This document shows positions 28,752 to 39,100 of a stretch of DNA of 64,000 bases, piece by piece. The stretch's first letter is position 1, and every line of letters starts with the position of its first letter. The notes beneath the pieces are model-generated. The model did not search any database, was not told the DNA's origin, and saw only the letters and a list, made by a program, of their open reading frames with translations. A program made the translations under genes and the position numbers. Source of the stretch: Candidatus Omnitrophota bacterium (GTDB lineage: Bacteria; Omnitrophota; Omnitrophia; Omnitrophales; Aquincolibacteriaceae); assembly GCA_030698625.1 (NCBI GenBank), contig JAUYMS010000042.1, positions 92,150 through 156,149 on the forward strand. Reading direction: 5' to 3'.

Positions 28752-30185
28752 TTAATTCTGACCTGCGATTTGTTGCGGGACGATAAAATGGAAACGGGCT
28801 CCTTCGCCTTCCCGGCTATCGGCCCACAGGCACCCGCCGTGGCGTTCTACAATCTCTTTGCAAATGGAGAGGCCGAGTCCGGTGCCCTTGTGATGCTCAA
28901 GAGGGGCTTGGCTGCCTACACGAAACTGCTGAAAAATGACGGGGAGATCCTTTTCCTTGATACCGATGCCCGAATCCTCAACGCTGATCTGGACAAAGCT
29001 GCCGTCGCTCGCCACGGCTCTGGGTTTCGACCGGCAAACCGTAGCCCGGAGATGAATCTTGCCTCCGTTGGGAGTGAATTTCAGCGCGTTCGACACCAGG
29101 TTCATCAGGACCTCATCCAACCGCTCACGGTCGCCCATAATCAGCGAAACACTCGGGTCCACCTCTCTGGCAACCGCTATCCCCTTGTCTTTTGCCCAAA
29201 CACCGAGCGATCCCATGACATCATCAAAGAGCATGTCCATGCTCACCGGTTCGCAATGAATCGCGACGTGATTCGACTTTAGCTTCGAGTAGTCCAGGAT
29301 CTGATTGATCATCATCTCTAAACGTTTAATATTCCGGTGCGCGATACCGATATATTTTTTTTGCTCATCGGAGGCGGACATCAACTCTTCGCAAATGACA
29401 TACAGCGACTTATAGACGCAGTAAAGCGGTGAGCGAAGCTCATGCGAAATGTTGGCCATGAATTTCATCTGGTAATGCTCTATTTCCTTCTGTGTCATGG
29501 TGTGCGGCAGCGCCGACAACATACCGCGCGTATCGCCCTTTTCTGTTTCGATAACGGCACTACGTTCTCGCACCATCCTTACGGCATCTTCATCCTGACT
29601 GGAGACCTCAGGGTTGTCGCCTGTCTGAGAGGCATCATCCACGAATGAAATAACGGCGTTCTCACTTTTGCTCTGCCTGATCGGTTTTCCGATAATCTCA
29701 CGCCGTTTTAATCCGAGTAGTTTTTCTGCGGCATCGTTAACGGCAACGGCTTCGCCTTTCTCGTTGACGACGATCCTTCCTTCAGACATGGAGCGCACTA
29801 CCTTTTCGGTTTTCTTCTTTTCTTTGCCAAGGTGAACATAGTCTTCTTGCACGGTCTCATACTTCTTCTCTAATTTCTTGATCGCCTGTTCGCTCTGAGT
29901 GATGAGACTGCGGTAGGTCTTGGCCATTTCCTGTTTGACGACGAAGGTCTGATTGCGGACCTCTTCCATGACAATCTTCGTAATCGTATTGTTCAATTGC
30001 TGGGATTTGGATGAAGGAATGGCGAGCTTCTTTAGCTCGGACTGGACGGAATTAAGATAGGCCCCCGAACCCTTTGCCTTTTGGGAGTCCTTCTGAACAC
30101 GAATACCACCGCGGGCTATCTGGACAACCATCACCAGACAGATGAGCGCGACAAACAAGAACAGTATTAAACCAAATCCTCCCAT
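28752..30185 (-). CDS. Sensor histidine kinase, paralog of 20807..22252 (TM, coiled coil, PAS, HisKA, HATPase).
   Basis: 477 aa. The PAS segment VVRSMSEGRIVVNEKGEAV is nearly identical in pattern to the other HK. H-box ISHELRSPL and G-box GTGLGLSICKEIVERHGG. Confidence 0.85.
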   Translation of the reverse strand: MGGFGLILFLFVALICLVMVVQIARGGIRVQKDSQKAKGSGAYLNSVQSELKKLAIPSSKSQQLNNTITKIVMEEVRNQTFVVKQEMAKTYRSLITQSEQAIKKLEKKYETVQEDYVHLGKEKKKTEKVVRSMSEGRIVVNEKGEAVAVNDAAEKLLGLKRREIIGKPIRQSKSENAVISFVDDASQTGDNPEVSSQDEDAVRMVRERSAVIETEKGDTRGMLSALPHTMTQKEIEHYQMKFMANISHELRSPLYCVYKSLYVICEELMSASDEQKKYIGIAHRNIKRLEMMINQILDYSKLKSNHVAIHCEPVSMDMLFDDVMGSLGVWAKDKGIAVAREVDPSVSLIMGDRERLDEVLMNLVSNALKFTPNGGKIHLRATVCRSKPRAVASDGSFVQISVEDSGIGIKEKDLPVIFQQFRVGSQAPLEHHKGTGLGLSICKEIVERHGGCLWADSREGEGARFHFIVPQQIAGQN

Positions 30186-30556
30186 TTAAAGTTGCCTGCC
30201 TTTGCAAAGGTTGCTCAAACTCCCCTTAAAAAAAAGTATACCCTATGAATTGAAGCTTGGTGATTAAAATTACAGAACTTAATCATATCTTTTAATAAGT
30301 TTTAACCTATTGCTGGTAAGTTACTATCACATCCCTTTATGCATGATTAAACTTGATTTAAATCCGCTAGAGAAGTGATAGGAATATTAGTTATATTAGA
30401 AGTCTAAGCCTCTTCCCTAAAATAGGGCGTATTCCAAATTAAGGAAGTGGCATCGCTTGACGAAAGAGTATATGGATCAAACGGCTTGCAGAAATCTTAC
30501 CCAAGCTCATTGGGCGGCAGCTGAACAGAACATTCAAAATAAGGGGGGTACTTTAA
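30186..30556. promoter_or_regulatory. AT-rich (about 30% GC) 370-bp divergent intergenic island between the HK (minus) and a small secreted protein gene (plus).
   Basis: A strong compositional contrast with the 55% GC surroundings. It contains several A/T tracts and a candidate RBS GGGGGG before the ATG at 30557. Confidence 0.45.
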
Positions 30557-30889
30557 ATGAAAAAATTTACACGGATGTTGGTCGTACTCGTGGCCATTGC
30601 GGTCCTACCAGCCGTAGCATTTGCCGGCAGCCCCTGGACCATGGAGTCCTCGTATGGCGATAAGGCTATGGGCAAACTCGAATTCGGCATCAAGAATGCG
30701 CTTGGTGGTTGGACCGAGATTCTCACTGAGCCGAAAGCGACCCTCGATGCAGATGAGAACGTTCTGGTGGGTATCGGACAAGGGATCTGGAACGCTGCCT
30801 TTTACACCGTTGGCGGTTTGCTCCACATCGTAACTTTCCCGATCACATCCCTCGACGTTCCGCTTCCTCAAAACGGCGTCGATTTCTAA
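30557..30889 (+). CDS. Small secreted protein (110 aa) resembling the exosortase-system-associated TIGR04073-like family.
   Basis: Signal peptide MKKFTRMLVVLVAIAVLPAVAFA. The internal pattern G..N.LGGWTEI..EP ... TFPI matches my recollection of that family. The family call is tentative. Confidence 0.55.
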   Translation: MKKFTRMLVVLVAIAVLPAVAFAGSPWTMESSYGDKAMGKLEFGIKNALGGWTEILTEPKATLDADENVLVGIGQGIWNAAFYTVGGLLHIVTFPITSLDVPLPQNGVDF

Positions 30890-30907
30890 CGAATTCGCTG
30901 CTCACAA

Positions 30908-30941
30908 AAACCCCGCACCCTCAAAAGGTGCGGGGTTTTTT
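30908..30941. terminator. Rho-independent terminator hairpin, possibly bidirectional.
   Basis: aaaaaCCCCGCACC ctcaaaag GTGCGGGG tttttt. The stem overlaps the last codons (KKPRTF*) of the convergent minus-strand reductase gene. Confidence 0.7.
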
Positions 30942-31967
30942 GTAGTAGGTCAGAGCGGCATCCTGCGCCGCAGTACGCTTCTCCAACTGCAACATTTCCT
31001 CACCGCTCAAGGGCTGAAACGCACTGGCCGCAGCCGCATTTCCCCTCACCTGCTCAATATTGTCACAGCCGATGATAACGTGAGATACGGGGAGGCTCAC
31101 GGCATACCGAAATGCCTCCTCCTGCGTCAACAAACCTTGGCCTAAAATCCTCCCGTGGCTATACACCTTCATACCGATAATGCCCAGCCCCCTGTCGACG
31201 GCTTTGGGCAGGAAATCCTGCATAAAAGATAGTGAGTGTTTGTCGGCGGCATTTAAAGCGACAAGCACCGTGTCAAACTCATACCTGTCGCTCACCGCAC
31301 TTAGAATCGCCGGGTCATGATGGCCGGTGAAACCTACAAATCGAATAAGATTCTTCTTCTTGGCTTCCTCGACGGCTCGAATCGCCCCGTCCTTGGAAAA
31401 AATCTGATCGATATCCGATTCTGTTCTCAGATCATGCAGTTGCCAGAGATCCAGGTGATCCGTATGCAAACGGCGAAGACTGTCTGTCAGAAGCTTCATG
31501 GAACCTTCGTAGCTGCGTTCATGCGTTTTCGAAGCCAGAAAAATTCCATCCCGCTTGGAAGGAGCATTCTTAAAGACCTGCCCGTAATAGTCTTGGCTAT
31601 TGGCATAGGCGGGCGCAGTGTCAAAATAGTTAACACCGCGCTCGATGGCCTCTTCGATAACCGGCACCGCTTCCCGAAAACGCCCATACGTGCGCAAAAT
31701 ACCTTCGCCGCCCAGCCCGAAGAGAGTTGCAGAGAATCCCGTTTTTCCTAATTTGCGAGTCGGAATCTGACCTGCCGCGACAGCGGGTGGCAGGCTCGGC
31801 AATGCCGCATTGGCGATCTGGGCCCAGGTCGGGGAGCTCTTGGCTACGAGAGAAAGCCAGGCACCGGCTGCGAATTGCAGTCCTCTTTTAATAAAATCGC
31901 GTCTGCGCATATTGTTAGCCCGCGAGTTCGGGATGCTTAGCACGATAATACTCACGTGTAAGGTCAT
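30921..31967 (-). CDS. Aldo/keto reductase with a twin-arginine (Tat) signal peptide.
   Basis: RRRDFIKRGLQFAAGAWLSLVA Tat motif and an AKR core (GTAPAYANSQDYYG, LWQLHD). The alternative start at 31910 (MRRRDF) would give a canonical Tat n-region. Confidence 0.75.
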   Translation of the reverse strand: MTLHVSIIVLSIPNSRANNMRRRDFIKRGLQFAAGAWLSLVAKSSPTWAQIANAALPSLPPAVAAGQIPTRKLGKTGFSATLFGLGGEGILRTYGRFREAVPVIEEAIERGVNYFDTAPAYANSQDYYGQVFKNAPSKRDGIFLASKTHERSYEGSMKLLTDSLRRLHTDHLDLWQLHDLRTESDIDQIFSKDGAIRAVEEAKKKNLIRFVGFTGHHDPAILSAVSDRYEFDTVLVALNAADKHSLSFMQDFLPKAVDRGLGIIGMKVYSHGRILGQGLLTQEEAFRYAVSLPVSHVIIGCDNIEQVRGNAAAASAFQPLSGEEMLQLEKRTAAQDAALTYYKKPRTF

Positions 31968-32072
31968 CCATTTTCTTCAGAAAAGCATGCGGATCTCCGC
32001 CCTTATCTTTAAATTCGCCCGCCAGCTTAGCCATTTTCTCTTGGATTTTTTTTGCTTGCTGCCTTTCTTTGC

Positions 32073-32552
32073 TCATCGCACTTCCTCCGGCTCAATCGCC
32101 CAGTCCAACGACCATGTATCGTCGGCCCCGCAACCCAAACACAGAGTGCCGGCCTCACCAAAGCGCACGCTGCCGCGCTGAGTCTCTGTGGATAGAAGAA
32201 TCTCTACAAGGTTAGGCAAAAAAGGCAAATGACTGACCAGCATGATGGAACCGTCGGGGTGGTGTATGGCGTATTCTTGCAGAAGATCGGCAACAGGGCC
32301 TGCTGGATCATTCGGCGCAAGCCCCTTCTTCTCTTGGCAGGATAATGGGAGCTCCATCACCCTAACTAACCCCTCGGCCGTTTCTTTGGCGCGCAACTCG
32401 GTACTATGCCATACCTCTTGGAGTTTGATCCCAGTCTGACGCAGGTACGCAGCGACGCTGGCCGTCTGGGCCCGGCCCCGCTCGCTAAGCGGCCGTTGGG
32501 GATCGACATGATCGCTAACGGCTTCCCCATGGCGCATGAGATACAACTTCAT
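32073..32552 (-). CDS. sixA: Phosphohistidine phosphatase SixA.
   Basis: MKLYLMRHGEA RHG catalytic motif. The start is placed at the internal ATG at 32552, whose A is shared with the TGA of the upstream small ORF. Confidence 0.7.
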   Translation of the reverse strand: MKLYLMRHGEAVSDHVDPQRPLSERGRAQTASVAAYLRQTGIKLQEVWHSTELRAKETAEGLVRVMELPLSCQEKKGLAPNDPAGPVADLLQEYAIHHPDGSIMLVSHLPFLPNLVEILLSTETQRGSVRFGEAGTLCLGCGADDTWSLDWAIEPEEVR

Positions 32553-32803
32553 CAGCCGCCCGCTAGTTGTTTCTTGTAATACTCCATGCACTTACCGCAG
32601 ACACCGTCAGAAGAGACCCAGTCGGGATGCTCCTGCTTGATGGCCTCAATAATATGCTGGTTCGCATGATTCAGAAACATGAGCAGGTCGCGTTTCATTT
32701 CTTTCCGGCATACAGGGCATTCGTAATAGCCGCTCTTATCCATAACATTTCCTCCGGGTACCGGACTCAATTTATCATAGCATTGCGCGTTCGGTCTACG
32801 CAT
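32552..32803 (-). CDS. Small zinc-ribbon protein (CPVC...CGKC), translationally coupled to sixA.
   Basis: 83-aa ORF, probably starting at the internal MDKSGYYECPVCRKEM (63 aa), with four Cys in a CxxC...CxxC arrangement. Confidence 0.45.
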   Translation of the reverse strand: MRRPNAQCYDKLSPVPGGNVMDKSGYYECPVCRKEMKRDLLMFLNHANQHIIEAIKQEHPDWVSSDGVCGKCMEYYKKQLAGG

Positions 32804-32859
32804 AAAAAGCCGTACAAAGGGCTTGCGGCTCGGGGAATCAAGATTAAAATGAGGCTATC

Positions 32860-33456
32860 TTGCAAAATAAAATTCTCGATATCAAATCGTATGACGACTT
32901 CAAGCACGCCCTGATCGATTCGGCGTGCCGCAAATGCGAGCTCGCTAATCATCGCACTCATATCGTCGTCGACCGTGGGAATCCGAATGCCGACGTTGTC
33001 ATGATCGGCGAAGGCCCCGGTGAAAACGAAGACCTGCAAGGAAAGGCCTTTGTGGGAAGGGCCGGAAAACTCCTCGACGGAATGCTCGGGGAGTTTGATT
33101 TCAATACCGACGAGCACAGCCTCATTATTAATGTCGTCAAATGCCGCCCTCCCGGAAACCGGGCCCCGAAGCAGGAAGAAGTCAACGCCTGCAGCCCTTA
33201 TCTGAAGACACAGTTGGCACTAGTCAAACCTCGCTTTTTATTACTGCTCGGGGCAACGGCCCTCAAACACCTTTTCCCTGAGAAAAAGAACGTTTCCATG
33301 AAAAGCCAGGCAGGCGTTTTTTTTGAGGCCCATCAATTTCCCGGAGCCCGAATCATGGTCCTTTACCACCCCGCCTATATTCTGCGGGATCCGAGAAAAA
33401 GACCCGAAATGATGACCCATCTCAGGGTCTTCGTGAGCGCGTGGAGAAAAGCTTGA
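32860..33456 (+). CDS. Uracil-DNA glycosylase, family 4.
   Basis: 198 aa. GEGPGENEDLQGKAFVGRAG family-4 motif and the C-terminal HPAYILR. Confidence 0.85.
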   Translation: MQNKILDIKSYDDFKHALIDSACRKCELANHRTHIVVDRGNPNADVVMIGEGPGENEDLQGKAFVGRAGKLLDGMLGEFDFNTDEHSLIINVVKCRPPGNRAPKQEEVNACSPYLKTQLALVKPRFLLLLGATALKHLFPEKKNVSMKSQAGVFFEAHQFPGARIMVLYHPAYILRDPRKRPEMMTHLRVFVSAWRKA

Positions 33457-33506
33457 ATTTACGCTTATGCTATACTTTTTACTGTAAATAACATCGAAGG
33501 AAATTC

Positions 33507-34022
33507 ATGTTTAGGAATACTTTTTTATTTATATCGGTAGTCACCCTAGCATGTCTCACCGGGTGGTCGATGGGATATCGATTACACCTCGAAGCCATCC
33601 CTGACTATTTGCAGAACTACACTCCCAAAGAAATGCGTAAAATCGATCTCATTAACGGGCAGAGTATCGTCGGCGAAATCGTGAACGAGACCGACGAATA
33701 TATCAAACTCCGCTTTGAGGGCGGTCATATCATTTTGCCCCGGGAAGAAATTGAGGCGAATACGCTGATCGACGAAAGCCGCCTAGGGTCTGACGAAATC
33801 AGCGAGCTCATGATCCGCGATGCGAAAAGGCCGTTTATCACGCATCACGAAGATCTCAGTCTCGTGACGACATGGAAGGAAACTCTCCGCGAGCTGCAGC
33901 AGGCGCCGAAACCTCAGACCGGCGGATTACAAAATTATATGGATCAGGCACAAAGGGCCGCCGGCGAACAGCAACAGAAGATCGCAGAACATCAGCAATT
34001 GATGGAGAAGTACTCGGGGTAA
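33507..34022 (+). CDS. Hypothetical secreted or lipoprotein.
   Basis: 171 aa with an N-terminal hydrophobic segment ending LACLTGWS (lipobox-like). The rest is Gln/Glu-rich. Confidence 0.5.
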   Translation: MFRNTFLFISVVTLACLTGWSMGYRLHLEAIPDYLQNYTPKEMRKIDLINGQSIVGEIVNETDEYIKLRFEGGHIILPREEIEANTLIDESRLGSDEISELMIRDAKRPFITHHEDLSLVTTWKETLRELQQAPKPQTGGLQNYMDQAQRAAGEQQQKIAEHQQLMEKYSG

Positions 34023-35879
34023 CTAAGTCAGAGTCGTAATCCCGCGCCCCGCCCGCTCATGCCCGGCGTCGATTGCCAGGGATTTCTCATAGGCATTCCG
34101 GGCCTGGTCCATTTTTCCTTCCTTAACGAGGATATCCCCCAGAACCGCCCAGGCATCCGGTTGCTCAGTGTGAATGCGAAGGATCTCTTCGGCTAATGAC
34201 TTCGCCTCGTCCATATCGCCTTTCTGAAAAGCGAACTCCATGAGGCGGGCTCGGGGTAAAGGGTTCTTATCAAAAGCCGCCGCGGCGTTGCGATAAAAGT
34301 TCAGAGCCTCATCCGTTCTGCCCTTTTCATGCATCAGGGCCCCCAAATTATAAAGTGCTGTACTGATCTCGGCCTTCTTGTAAAGGGGCATCGGAAAGGG
34401 CGAAAAAACACCTGCGGCAAAGACAGCCGCGACACAACCGAATACCAGCATGCCGCGCATATCCTGCCGGCGTATCATTTGAGCCGCACGTACGCTTGCA
34501 TGAGCCGCCAGAATGATGAGCGGCAATACAACGGGAAGCCGGTAGCGCGCCAGAACAAAAAAAGGCAGCGTAATGACCAGCACACCCAGCACCAACCAAT
34601 GCAGGAGTCTAGCGCGAGGATCTCTCCACGTCAGGACCAGGCCGACCAAACCGAGTACCGCAATCCACCCAAATCGCACGGGTAACCACTTCAGCACAGA
34701 CGAGAACCGCTGATAAAAATAATAACTCTCCGTATCCGGTACTTCGTAAGCATTCCAAAAGAGATGGAGTTTGCGCAGTTCCAGCCAAAAAAAGCGGCCC
34801 GGATTCTGTAAGACAAAGTCAATGGCTTTGCCCGCCCAGTACTGTGAAACCTCTGAAGGCTTGAGAGACCGGCCGACCGCCTGCTCGGCAAGTTGGCGAT
34901 TGTAGCGCGCTTCCGTTGTGAGATTGGCCTGTTTGTTATAGAGCGGCTTATAGGTGCCGTCGGCCTCGGGATTATTTCCTATATAGAGGTTCATGCCGCC
35001 CTGGGAGGAGACCATAACGACATCCCCACTCACCTGATAGTTACGAAGAGTTACCGGCACAAGTGCCGCTGCCGCACCCAACCCGAAAAACACAACGGCT
35101 ATCAATCGATTCCGGCGCTCCCGGGCAGGCCCCGTCCAAACCAGCCACAGCAATGCGAACGGCGCAAGCAGGATCAAGTTCGCGATAATCAGCGTCGCGA
35201 TCATCAGCAGCAGGCCCGCCAGAAAAGATGCCCACCAGCTGACTTTTTCCGACTGCCTCGCGATGAGCCACAGAAATACGGCCAAAAGAAAGATCTCTAA
35301 CGTCGGCTTAATTAAGAATCCCGCATAGCAAACGAGAATACCGTAGCCCGCAGCAAAAAGGCCCGTAACAATCGCCGTCGCTCTTCCGAATAAATGATAC
35401 GCCGTCATGTACAGGACAAGGCATGTCAATGCCCCAAGAACCTGCTGAGCCACTTGAGCCGCTTGAATGCTTACACCGAAAATTGAAAATAGCGCGCCTA
35501 AAAAGTAGGGGTACCCAGGGGCTTGAAAGAATGCCTCCGTGCCCAGCCAATTCCCCGATGCCAGGTCGGCCGCCCATTTGATGTAGCCCTGGGCATCGAC
35601 AGTGGGAATATTCAAATACGGGAAGGCATTAATCTGAAAGTGATACGCGAGACGAACGGTGAGCGCGATAAGAAACAGAACCGCTAGGTCGAAAAGGATC
35701 CACTTCAGCGGCGGTGCAGCGGGACGCCCCTTTTCCGGCGACGACTGAGGCCCTGTCTCCAAGTCCCGGATAGCAGCGGCGACCTTCTTTTTGCTTATCC
35801 CAAGGTTCTTGGCGATCGCTTTTGCCGATTCGGAACGGTACCGGCGGCCGATATAACGCAGTGCATCTTCGTTCAGCAT
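34023..35879 (-). CDS. Polytopic membrane GT-C-like (GT39/ArnT/PMT-like) protein with C-terminal TPR repeats.
   Basis: 618 aa with at least 10 TM helices, then TPR-like repeats (ALYNLGALMHEKGRTDEALNFYRNAAA...). It lies directly downstream of, and co-oriented with, the giant gene and the small TM protein. Confidence 0.6.
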   Translation of the reverse strand: MLNEDALRYIGRRYRSESAKAIAKNLGISKKKVAAAIRDLETGPQSSPEKGRPAAPPLKWILFDLAVLFLIALTVRLAYHFQINAFPYLNIPTVDAQGYIKWAADLASGNWLGTEAFFQAPGYPYFLGALFSIFGVSIQAAQVAQQVLGALTCLVLYMTAYHLFGRATAIVTGLFAAGYGILVCYAGFLIKPTLEIFLLAVFLWLIARQSEKVSWWASFLAGLLLMIATLIIANLILLAPFALLWLVWTGPARERRNRLIAVVFFGLGAAAALVPVTLRNYQVSGDVVMVSSQGGMNLYIGNNPEADGTYKPLYNKQANLTTEARYNRQLAEQAVGRSLKPSEVSQYWAGKAIDFVLQNPGRFFWLELRKLHLFWNAYEVPDTESYYFYQRFSSVLKWLPVRFGWIAVLGLVGLVLTWRDPRARLLHWLVLGVLVITLPFFVLARYRLPVVLPLIILAAHASVRAAQMIRRQDMRGMLVFGCVAAVFAAGVFSPFPMPLYKKAEISTALYNLGALMHEKGRTDEALNFYRNAAAAFDKNPLPRARLMEFAFQKGDMDEAKSLAEEILRIHTEQPDAWAVLGDILVKEGKMDQARNAYEKSLAIDAGHERAGRGITTLT

Positions 35880-35891
35880 ACGGAGACGTGG

Positions 35892-36080
35892 TTAATCTTT
35901 CCCGTAGAGCTTAATCGCACAGGCAGCAACCATCAGACCGAGACCCAGGACAAAGAAACTGATTGTCTCGTAGGTTCCTATATAGGCATACCCCATGAGC
36001 CGGATGACTCCGGAGACCAATGCGACGACCAACCCCGCATTCGCAATCAAAGGACCTATGGAATTGAGCGTTTTAAGCAT
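35892..36080 (-). CDS. Small two-TM membrane protein (62 aa) immediately downstream of the giant gene.
   Basis: MLKTLNSIGPLIANAGLVVALVSGVIRLMGYAYIGTYETISFFVLGLGLMVAACAIKLYGKD. It begins 60 nt after the giant-gene stop. Confidence 0.45.
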   Translation of the reverse strand: MLKTLNSIGPLIANAGLVVALVSGVIRLMGYAYIGTYETISFFVLGLGLMVAACAIKLYGKD

Positions 36081-36139
36081 ACCGTCCCCCCCTCTTGGGT
36101 TATTATACGGCCGCCAAGGTGTTATTCCATAGGTTTGTA

Positions 36140-39100
36140 TTACGCACTTATGTCGATGAGCTCTTCGCGGATTAGACTCTCCTCGATGTACTTGCCGAGG
36201 TCGACAAGGTACGCGTCACCCTTAGATCTGGCATTGGGGAAGATGTCTTCAATGTGCTGGTCCAGCAGAGCCGCTTGCTCAAGCGGGTCTTTAACGCCGC
36301 GAATAAGTTTGGCAGGTTCGAGAAGGGCTACCGCCAGAAAAGCCAAGCCCTCGAAGTCACCGCGATCGGCGGCCTGCGGATCCACAATAAAATTGGCGGC
36401 CGTCCCGATATTTTCAGGCAGCACATTTCTATCCGAAAGAAGCGTGGCCACACCCGCTTCGCTTTCGCCCACATAAGAAGCCACATGTTCAACCGCGACA
36501 ACATTGACGAGCGTATTCAACCGCGGTAGCGTGAAAAGATCGCCCGCATCCTGTTCCTCCTGCCAGTGAATCCCGTTATCACGCTTCAAAAATGCCCGTT
36601 TCAAGACGCGTTCCAGAATATCGTCGCTCCCCAGAATTCCCACCAGGGGTTTCGCCCCCGGATGCTGCTTCTCGAATTGATCCAAGGCCCGGAAAAGCAG
36701 GTACAGTGTTCGCGGACTCTTCTCAATAAGCCGTTCAATCCAAACCGAGTCGATAAGGACCTGGCCCATGTCGGCGACCTGCTGCTGCATTTTCTCGTTG
36801 AAGCGCGGCGTCATGACCACGCGGCCTTGACCCAGTTTTGTGAGGATCGTGCTTTCGGTCGTTTGCGGCATAATTCCGGCACGCTCCGAGTAAACAGCAC
36901 GATTCAGGAGCCCCGACAACAGGGTCACCAGAGCTTCGGTAGAATGCTCTTCCAGTCTTCTCGGCAGAATCTGCGCGCGCGGCCCATGAAAGATCCGTTC
37001 GCCTTGAGCCGTGAGAAGTTCGTCTGCAACTCTCAATTCCGAGCGCTCGGAACCGTCAGGGATCTCGCCTTGCCCTAAGAGCTGCTCTAGAACCGGTTCA
37101 TAATCCCGCCTGCCGACGTCAATGAAATCCCGCGCAATGGCTACTCCCACTTCAAAATCGAATTTTTCGAATACTCTGATACCTGCGTCCAGAACCCTGG
37201 ACCGCTTATTGAAATTTTCGCGCCAGATGCCTGATAAGCCCTTTCTCAGATCACGATCCAGCTTTTCCCAGAATTTTTCGATCACGTCGCCATCGATGTC
37301 CACAGCACGCGGGTTGATAGAGTTCATGACAACGCGTCCCGTGTAATCGATCAGGAAGTCACGCGAGGGCAGATAAAGTCCCGGCTGAACATCGGCTACA
37401 TCGTATTCGATCCCCGCCCTTAAATAAATGTCGTTAGCGTTCACCCAAAACTCGGTAGGGATATCCGACATAGAAACGGTTCCTGCTGACCGCACTTTTA
37501 GTGTTTTCTGCTCGGGCAGCCACCAGTCAATGCCCCCTTCAAAATCGTCCCGCAGCTTAAATTCAGGGCTTAAAACTACAACATCCACATCTTTGTGTCT
37601 GAGCAGGTCCTTCGCCTGGACCCGTTGATTCCATAAGTCGGGCGCTATGCTGCCGATCACGATGCCGACGGCCCCCCGCTCTTTAAGAATACGATCCGCC
37701 GTTTGCAGAGCCCGTAATCCTTTCGCGGCATTGGGAGGAACAGGATCTTCCTCTTCCATTTTCTGAATCTGCAGTTGGAGAGTTTTCATGAGCTGCTTCT
37801 GAGCATAAGTCGGCTTCTGTGCCTGAATCATCATCTGGCTCATTGACCGTAGTTCGGAGCGGTAAGGGTCGTCGTCGAAATCGAATTCCTCGGCAGCATG
37901 TTCGTCGGCCCGGCGCTGCAGATAAGGATGAGCGAACTGCTGACCCGAATGCTTAATGAAAATGGGCGGCACCAATTCTGAAAACTGTGCCGCGCCGACC
38001 GGCATACCTTCAGGGGCTCCGTTCATGACGGAATACGGGAGGCCCAAATCAATGGCCTCAAGCAACAGATACCTGGAAAGGTTCTCCCCCATATTGAAGC
38101 CGCGCATAAATCTCCATGAGAGCATTCCGCCGGGCGCAACAGTGCTCATCAGGCGGCGGACGCTTTCCGTCCTGAGATCGACCCCATCGGTAGCGTTAAG
38201 AAAGACAAGGTCGAACGGTTCCTCTCCGAGCTGACCGGTCTCAATGACCTCTTCGATCCTGCCCGGCACGGTCTCAATGCCGTAGGCATCCAGTTTAAGG
38301 CGGTTCTCAAAATCAAAGCCCGAATTATTCCCGACGAGCTCGAACTCAAAGGTTCCGTCGGCCTCCAGCAATGCCTTAAGCCTAATCAAGAACTCTCCCT
38401 TCCCCGTAGCCACATCCAATATGCGGAGTTTTTTCTTATCCGCAAATTCGCTTTTCAGGATGTCGATGAACGCGGGAACTTGTGTTTCCGCCTGGACGGG
38501 TTTGCGGTACTCTTCAGACAGGAGATGGGAAAATCTTGTGAGGCGCTGAACACTATCACGCAAAGCTTCCGCATCGAGATCGAATCCTTGATCGGCGACA
38601 TGGTCCAGCATGGCCTCAAACCCCCTGCCACCAAAGGACTGTAATGCCTCCATCACGGCGATATCGAGTTCGGCTTTGGCACGAAGCTCCGGATTCGTCC
38701 TCAGCGTAAAGATCGTATATGGGTTGCCGTTTCTAAAGCTGAGCTCCGGAGAGGAATTCGGCCCCCCCGAACTCGCTCGTACATAGGCGATTCTTTTTTC
38801 AAAATCATTCTCCGGATAAGATTCGACCAAATTAAATTCATCGATCGAGATCTTGCCGCCCAATCCGTAGATTTTGGCAAATTCTGTCAGCTGACTGCCG
38901 GTTCCGTCGCTTTCACCGACGGAACTAACCATGATCAGCCCCTTCCGGTTAAGCAGAGAGCGGAGCATGAGAATCGGCCACTCGTCCGGATCAAGAGGCA
39001 GGGGCTCATAACTGAATGTCCAGTCGACATCGCCCTTTGCAACGGGTTCCTTAAGAGGGTCCCCGACACGAAATCTCGCGGACAAATCTTCTCCCGCGGC

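Noticed and set aside
30436-30463. Sigma-54-like TGGCAT-N-TTGAC string in the AT-rich island.
   Set aside because: The spacing and the -12 element do not fit the GG-N10-GC consensus.
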